Origin: Candidatus Sericytochromatia bacterium
GTDB lineage: Bacteria; Cyanobacteriota; Sericytochromatia; S15B-MN24; JAQBPE01
Assembly (NCBI GenBank): GCA_040400605.1
Contig: JBBAPZ010000001.1
Location: 158,444 to 222,443, forward strand
Direction: 5' to 3'
DNA length: 64,000 bases
The notes below the pieces were generated by a model. It worked only from the letters and a program-made list of their open reading frames with translations, did not search any database and was not told where the DNA came from. Of this stretch, positions 58,414 to 64,000 are shown piece after piece. The first letter of the stretch is position 1. Every line of letters begins with the position of its first letter. Both the position numbers and the translations under genes were made by a program.

Positions 58414-60087
58414 TCAGAACAACCCCTCAGATTCCGTACGCGCCGTTTCGGTCGCTTGGGTGTTGTTGAGCGGTGCGACTTGACTGGGCAATTGCGCGTC
58501 AACGGCATCGATATGTTGGATGCCGTTTTTGTCGATAACCACGCGAATGCGTTGATAAGCAGGTTTCTGAACCCGATTTTGATCATCCCATTGGGTCATG
58601 CGAAACACGACATTCAGATGATACACTTTGGGCGCCCGCAATCGTATGAAGCGCCGCGTTGACGATTCATAAAATTGAACCCGCGCAGTGGGATCATCCA
58701 AACTGCCCAGGAGATCCTGCACACTGAAGCGCAAGATGTGCTTGATGTTCGTCTGCTGAGACTGTAAGGCAATCATCCGACGCGCATCGAGTCGGGTATC
58801 ACTCGTGTAGGTGATCACCGTTTCTTGCCGTTCCTGGTCGAGATCAACCACATGATTGGCATTGCGCACCGCCAAAACATCTTGAGGAACCTCTGCTTTG
58901 GAACGATAACGAATCTTTTCACGGCAGCGCCCGAGCCGCAAGCGTCGAAGGGGATCCGTGATGATCAATTTGTTATCTGGAAAATGATGTGATACCTTTT
59001 CCCAGACATATTCCCGAAACACCTCTTTCATTCGGTCCTTGAGCACATAGATCACAGCAAACAAGGCCAAGGCAGTCCACAAATTGCTCTGATACAACGG
59101 CAAAATGTAGGTGCGGTCGCTAAAGCCAGCGAACAAGGCGGCAACCATTGCGCCAACGACAGCAGCCAAATTGCGCCAACGCGTCGTCTCTTGCGTGGTT
59201 TTAACATCCAGATACAACACCTGTTCCATGATCTTCTTCAAGGCCCCTGCGCGGTAAGTGTACAGTGCCAGCCCACGCGGGTCTGCCGTGTCCAAACTCA
59301 GGTATCCCATCACACGCCTGTGTTCACTTTCACGCGCGGCACAGATTTCCAAGGCGTTGAGGGCTGCAATGCCTTGCGCATCCAAATGCAGGCCATCTTG
59401 CAAAGCGTGATGAATGGCCGCCAACGAGTGGTCAAATCGGTACGTGAGAAACTCATCGACGTGCCGTAGGCGATCGCACCACTCACGGGTGACCTCGGTT
59501 TGGCTCTGGAGTAATCGAACGTCTGCCAACAGGCCGCGATATTTTTCTAAAATCTCTGGCATCTCCCGGCAAAATGCCATAATTGCATCGACGGTGTCAC
59601 GCGATGGGTCATACCGCCCGAAAGCTGCCTGCGGCATCACGGCGGATTGAATGGCCCGAACCCGACGCCTCAGTTGCCCACTGACGACGCAGGCAAACAA
59701 ACGCGCGGCATTCCAGACGCCTGACGCATTCTCTGTTCGTCCCTCAATCAATTGTTTTAACTCAAAAGAAACCACATTGAGGGGTGAGTGCTGATTAAGC
59801 GGATCCAACAACGCCACCTCGGTCAAAGCCGGCGTGCGGTAACGCAGGTAACCGCGCAAACAACGATAAAAATCCTCACGTGGAAAATTCAGGGGTGACA
59901 CACCCAGGTTCAATGGGAAGAAAAAGAACGCTTCGACACGATATTGTTCGAAGGTTTTGGATTGGGATACGTGCCGCGCAGAGACATCATACGACAGCTG
60001 AATCTCAAACTGGGAACGATCGTGCAAGGCCACTTGAGCATCGAACCAATTGCAACTGGTTAAACGGGGCATGGGCATTCCAATCAC
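58414..60087 (-). CDS. conserved hypothetical membrane protein (557 aa, 2 TM)
   Basis: Long ORF with a helical N-domain, two TM helices, YVLKDRMKE and a beta-rich C-terminus. No function recognised. Confidence 0.8.
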   Translation of the reverse strand: MIGMPMPRLTSCNWFDAQVALHDRSQFEIQLSYDVSARHVSQSKTFEQYRVEAFFFFPLNLGVSPLNFPREDFYRCLRGYLRYRTPALTEVALLDPLNQHSPLNVVSFELKQLIEGRTENASGVWNAARLFACVVSGQLRRRVRAIQSAVMPQAAFGRYDPSRDTVDAIMAFCREMPEILEKYRGLLADVRLLQSQTEVTREWCDRLRHVDEFLTYRFDHSLAAIHHALQDGLHLDAQGIAALNALEICAARESEHRRVMGYLSLDTADPRGLALYTYRAGALKKIMEQVLYLDVKTTQETTRWRNLAAVVGAMVAALFAGFSDRTYILPLYQSNLWTALALFAVIYVLKDRMKEVFREYVWEKVSHHFPDNKLIITDPLRRLRLGRCREKIRYRSKAEVPQDVLAVRNANHVVDLDQERQETVITYTSDTRLDARRMIALQSQQTNIKHILRFSVQDLLGSLDDPTARVQFYESSTRRFIRLRAPKVYHLNVVFRMTQWDDQNRVQKPAYQRIRVVIDKNGIQHIDAVDAQLPSQVAPLNNTQATETARTESEGLF

Positions 60088-60259
60088 ATCGCGCGTTACG
60101 GATTTATGCCCCGGCCTGCTACTTTAAAACGAAACAATCACCGGGCAAACCATCCGATTCGCCGAGCATATGACAACCGCGAGACCATGGTGCGTGGTTT
60201 GGTCATCCGCTCAAGACGCCCCGGGACGGAGCACTGCTGCGGCAAGGGACTTAAAGGTC

Positions 60260-61399
60260 TCACGCGGCATCCGCACGTCTGACCCGTTCCCAGGTGCCGG
60301 ACTGTTTCCTGGTGAGTGAGCGCCACGCCCCGGCGATCGCCGCCACCTGAAAAAAACAGTAATAAAACGCGAGCTTGGCACCACGCCCTCGTGACCCGCA
60401 TAAACCCCGCCAGGCGGCAAAATAAAAGAGACACTGACCCAACAACATCAGCTGGTACAATGGGCTGTTCGCGAGGTAAACGTTGCACACCAGTACAACA
60501 GGAAACAAAAAGGGTACCACCATCCATCGCAACAAACGGTGAGAAACAAGTTGCCAAACAGACCAGGCATCCAGACAATTGCGCTTGGGCCACAGCATCC
60601 CAAACGCTTGATACGCGCCTGCCACGATACGGGTTTTGCGTTCGAATTCATCGGCAAGGCTGGCAGAACCGGTTTCAACGCTTTTGGCGGTCGCTTCGTA
60701 CAGCGCACGATAACCAGCCTGCAACACCTGAATACTCAAGACAAAGTCATCTAAAATGGTTCCTTCTGCCAATGGATTGAACAGGCTGCGACGCATCGCG
60801 AAAATTTCACCGGCTGCACCAACGACTGACTGCACCCGTGAATCGTTTTGCTTTAACCAGGATTCATAACGCCAATAAAGCGACTCGGTCACAACCGCAG
60901 ATTCGGCATCATTGGACACACTTTTGGCTCCGGCCACCAACCCGACTGCCGGGTCTGCAAAATGGCGAATCAATGCCTTCAACGAACCACGATGAAGCCG
61001 TGTGTTGGCATCGGTAAAGACAAGCACCGGGTCGTTTGAGTGCGCAACACCTCGGTTGATGGCGTGTGCCTTGCCGCGTCTCGTTGGATCACACAGGACC
61101 GTGAGGCAATCAAGTGAAAGATCACGCAAGACCGTCGGCGTGGCATCACTGCTGCCATCAGCTACAACAACGATCGACAGGCGCTCACGCGGGTAATCCA
61201 GTGCGCAAAGGTGATGAATCGTTTCACCAATGACCAGGGCTTCGTTATACGCTGCTATCACAATCGTCAGCGGTGGCCAATCGTCACCCGAGAAATGTGA
61301 GCGCCAACGATGACGCGCCACCAGGTGGGTGATCACCCCATACAGCCCGTGGGTGTATACAATTAAACCAATGGCGAACCAAAAAACAATTTGCAGCAC
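60260..61399 (-). CDS. GT2 family glycosyltransferase (CESA-like), membrane-bound
   Basis: IAAYNE, DGSSDAT, GKAHAIN, FTDAN, LDD, RKTRI, C-terminal TMs. Confidence 0.9.
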   Translation of the reverse strand: MLQIVFWFAIGLIVYTHGLYGVITHLVARHRWRSHFSGDDWPPLTIVIAAYNEALVIGETIHHLCALDYPRERLSIVVVADGSSDATPTVLRDLSLDCLTVLCDPTRRGKAHAINRGVAHSNDPVLVFTDANTRLHRGSLKALIRHFADPAVGLVAGAKSVSNDAESAVVTESLYWRYESWLKQNDSRVQSVVGAAGEIFAMRRSLFNPLAEGTILDDFVLSIQVLQAGYRALYEATAKSVETGSASLADEFERKTRIVAGAYQAFGMLWPKRNCLDAWSVWQLVSHRLLRWMVVPFLFPVVLVCNVYLANSPLYQLMLLGQCLFYFAAWRGLCGSRGRGAKLAFYYCFFQVAAIAGAWRSLTRKQSGTWERVRRADAA

Positions 61400-61493
61400 G
61401 ACATCTTGCCTCGTATACCCATGATATCCGAACGGAAGCAAGTCTAGGTCAAAACAGGATTGGCGCACCGGTTTCGTGTGACAGCATTTTTCG

Positions 61494-62150
61494 TCACGTC
61501 AGCGCGCACGGGTCATCAAGCTCAACGTATCCGAAATAGGGCTCGTCAGGTGACTGGTCCTCTGGCACCGCCCCCGGCGTTCCGCGCACCTGTTCTTCTC
61601 CCGAATGCACCGCCCGGGCATGATGGGCTTGCGCGACTGCCCGGTAAAACCGGTAATCAGGCTCGTGACGTTCAACAAGTGCCCAAAAGCGCCGCGAGTG
61701 ATTGGCTTCAATCAAATGCGCCAGTTCGTGCAACACAAGATAGCGCAAGGCACGGGGTGGCATGCCATCGATCGCATAGCAAGAAAAAGTCAACACGCGC
61801 GTCTTGACGTTAACTTGCGCCAGACGCGACAAGCGCGCCTGCCCAATGCGAACCCCATTGACCAACACCCGAAAGGTCTGGGCATTCAACTGATGCACGT
61901 ACCTTTCGAAGGCCTCAGCTGTCCAGACGGGGCCTGTCAAAGCCAATTCAGGCGCAAGCCGTGCCAAGGAACGCTGGCGCTTGAGTCCCCACTTTCGCAA
62001 CCGGTCCAGCGTCAACTGCTGTTCGCGCGGACTCCACGCAATCGGCAAACGAACCTCGAGCACATTACCTTTGAAACGCGCACGCGCATGCCGAATGGGC
62101 GCATATTCGATCTGAATGTCTAAAGTCAATCGCTCAAACCCTGACATCAT
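61494..62150 (-). CDS. YgjP/DUF45-like zinc metallopeptidase-fold protein
   Basis: YLVLHELAHLIEANHSRRFWALV...PDY. Confidence 0.88.
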   Translation of the reverse strand: MMSGFERLTLDIQIEYAPIRHARARFKGNVLEVRLPIAWSPREQQLTLDRLRKWGLKRQRSLARLAPELALTGPVWTAEAFERYVHQLNAQTFRVLVNGVRIGQARLSRLAQVNVKTRVLTFSCYAIDGMPPRALRYLVLHELAHLIEANHSRRFWALVERHEPDYRFYRAVAQAHHARAVHSGEEQVRGTPGAVPEDQSPDEPYFGYVELDDPCALT

Positions 62151-62610
62151 GGCACCATGTTCGCATAGTGCCAACCGAAGAACCAGCCCCTTAACAAAAA
62201 ATATTCAATGTCGGGCACAAGTGTATCAACGACATCAACACGTTGGATAACCCCCGATGCGATCAACCAGCTTCCAATCAATAACCGCCATTTCCCAGGC
62301 GACTGAAGCCGCTTTCATAAAGTAACCAATCGCAAACTTGACCAATCGGATGATTCAGCCACACCAAGAATGGGTTGACGCACGGATGCTTGAACAAGTA
62401 CCCGGAACGGCAAATGACGATTGTAACGAGTGAAACGTCGGTCAGTTTACCCACGGGCTGCAAATCGCTGAAAACAGTGGCTATATCCGCCTGCATTGGT
62501 GCGTCTCAAAGGATTCAAACGGGTTTGTCGCCACTTGGTCGTTGTGGTACGATTTTGAGGCCACGACGAAGCTGTCGGGGTCAGAGCGATGTAGATGTTG
62601 AGGGCTCCTT

Positions 62611-63873
62611 ATGTTGTTAGCTGAACCAAAATCTGAATCCCCACTGGACGGCGCGCGTCAGCAACTCGCGAAGGTCGTCGACATCATGGGGCTTGGCCAA
62701 AGTGTCTACAATCGTTTGGCCCATCCCGACCGCATTGTGACGGTGCATAGTCCTGTACGGATGGATGATGGCAGCATTCAGGTTTTTGCTGGCTATCGGG
62801 TGCAGCACAACAATGCACTGGGCCCTTACAAAGGGGGCTTGCGTTACCACCATCACGCGGAAATGGACGAGTTTTGTGCGCTCGCGATGTTGATGACCTG
62901 GAAGTGTGCACTGGTCGGATTGCCTTACGGTGGCGCCAAAGGCGGTATCACGGTTGATCCCAAAACGCTGTCGGTGGGTGAACTGGAACGACTGACCAGG
63001 CGCTTCACCTCAGACTTGATTCCCATTATCGACCCTCAAAAAGACATTCCCGCGCCGGATGTCAACACAGGTCCTCGTGAAATGGCGTGGATCATGGATA
63101 CGTTCAGTGTCAACAAAGGCTATGCGGTTCCTGGCATCGTGACAGGCAAGCCAATTTGCATTGGTGGCTCCTTGGGCCGTTCAGAAGCCACCGGGCGTGG
63201 TGTAACGATTATTTTGGAAGAGACGCTCAGGCATTTGGGTCGTAAGGTTAGCGGCGCCCGTGTCGTCATTCAGGGGTTTGGCAATGTCGGTGGCGTGACG
63301 GCGAGCTTGTTGTATCAAATGGGGGCAAAGGTGATTGCCGTCAGTGACTGGCGTGGTGGCATCACCAGTGAGCATGGTCTCAACATTCCGGAACTTCAGG
63401 CACACTATCGGATGGCGGGTTCGTTTGAGGGTTTCATGGGTGGCAACCCCATTGGCAACGATGAGTTGTTGTTGTTGCCGTGTGACGTTTTGATCCCTGC
63501 AGCGCTGGAGAGTGTTTTAACGGTTGAAAATGCGGATCGCATCAAGGCTGAAGTGATTATCGAGGCGGCCAATGCACCGATAACGCCTGGCGGAGAAGCG
63601 ATTCTTGAAAAGCGGGGGGTGGTGGTTGTTCCGGACATTCTCGCGAATGCAGGCGGTGTGGTTGTCAGTTACTTCGAGTGGGTACAGGGCATGAGTCAGT
63701 TGTTCTGGACCGAAGAAGAGGTGAATGAGCGTCTCCGCCGAGTGCTGACCCGTGCCTTTGCGCAGGTTGCCCAATTGGTTGATCGCGAAAAACTGTCATT
63801 TCGAATGGCTGCGTATTCTGTTGGGGTCGGTGCTGTGGCTGAAGCGACCCGTGTCCGGGGTCTTTATCCGTGA
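62611..63873 (+). CDS. gdhA: glutamate dehydrogenase (Glu/Leu/Phe/Val family)
   Basis: GPYKGGLRY, MTWKCA, GGAKGG, DIPAPD, QGFGNVG, PDILANAGGVVVSYFEWVQ. Confidence 0.95.
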   Translation: MLLAEPKSESPLDGARQQLAKVVDIMGLGQSVYNRLAHPDRIVTVHSPVRMDDGSIQVFAGYRVQHNNALGPYKGGLRYHHHAEMDEFCALAMLMTWKCALVGLPYGGAKGGITVDPKTLSVGELERLTRRFTSDLIPIIDPQKDIPAPDVNTGPREMAWIMDTFSVNKGYAVPGIVTGKPICIGGSLGRSEATGRGVTIILEETLRHLGRKVSGARVVIQGFGNVGGVTASLLYQMGAKVIAVSDWRGGITSEHGLNIPELQAHYRMAGSFEGFMGGNPIGNDELLLLPCDVLIPAALESVLTVENADRIKAEVIIEAANAPITPGGEAILEKRGVVVVPDILANAGGVVVSYFEWVQGMSQLFWTEEEVNERLRRVLTRAFAQVAQLVDREKLSFRMAAYSVGVGAVAEATRVRGLYP

Positions 63874-63889
63874 ACTTAAGGGGGCTTAC

Positions 63890-64000
63890 GTGAGTGGCGT
63901 CTCGATTGCTGCCTCATTGATTCTGGGTTGTGTCGCCAGTTTGTTGGCGCTCAAGACGCGAGCGGCGCTGATTGCGCCGCTCGGTTCGAATTATGTTCGC
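63890..64000 (+). CDS. 5' end of a probable membrane protein, truncated by the window
   Basis: AAGGGG RBS, GTG start, open hydrophobic frame to the window end (MSGVSIAASLILGCVASLLAL...). Confidence 0.55.
   Translation, partial: MSGVSIAASLILGCVASLLALKTRAALIAPLGSNYVR

Noticed and set aside
63889..63900. CGTGAGTGGCGT shared with positions 4-15, both frames starting MSGVSIA
   Set aside because: It is only a 12-bp match, expected by chance in 64 kb, and the flanks diverge at once. Not evidence of a terminal repeat or circularity.

Overview
Bacterial chromosomal window, GC in the mid-to-high 50s by eye, gene-dense, with no integrase, transposase, reverse transcriptase or CRISPR array recognised. 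It is mostly housekeeping and metabolic genes: ddl, PGI/PMI plus an NDP-sugar synthase, ppdK plus its regulator, 6S RNA, tsaE-tsaB-rimI, a CpdB-like nucleotidase, tRNA-Arg(CCT), pgi, purA, an Uup-like ABC-F, mfd-prsA-yabN/mazG and gdhA. Cyanobacteria-like PurA and GdhA, an FTR-like gene and at least 32 copies of the HIP1 octamer GCGATCGC occur beside Firmicutes-style gene order. This suggests a Cyanobacteriota relative, possibly a non-photosynthetic lineage such as Sericytochromatia (inference only). The standout feature is a ~9.7 kb minus-strand biosynthetic cluster (22303-32015). It encodes three Rieske oxygenases, a CylC/AurF-like dimetal-carboxylate enzyme (candidate halogenase), a second ferritin-like diiron protein, a membrane diiron desaturase/hydroxylase, a 2Fe-2S ferredoxin, a GH3 acyl-acid amido synthetase, a GNAT-like protein and a stand-alone Pls-type membrane acyltransferase-like unit. 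An SDR and an MMPL exporter lie next to it, and no PKS, NRPS or ACP gene is seen. Other oddities: a membrane-anchored JAMM protease with a coupled partner gene, a QueC-like protein with a degenerate PP-loop, an FTR catalytic subunit with large insertions, a 102-bp diverged copy of a gene 3' region, and a 3x42-bp tandem repeat. All family assignments come from motif recognition by eye, not database searches. Several start codons were moved from the ORF track on RBS or coupling grounds.
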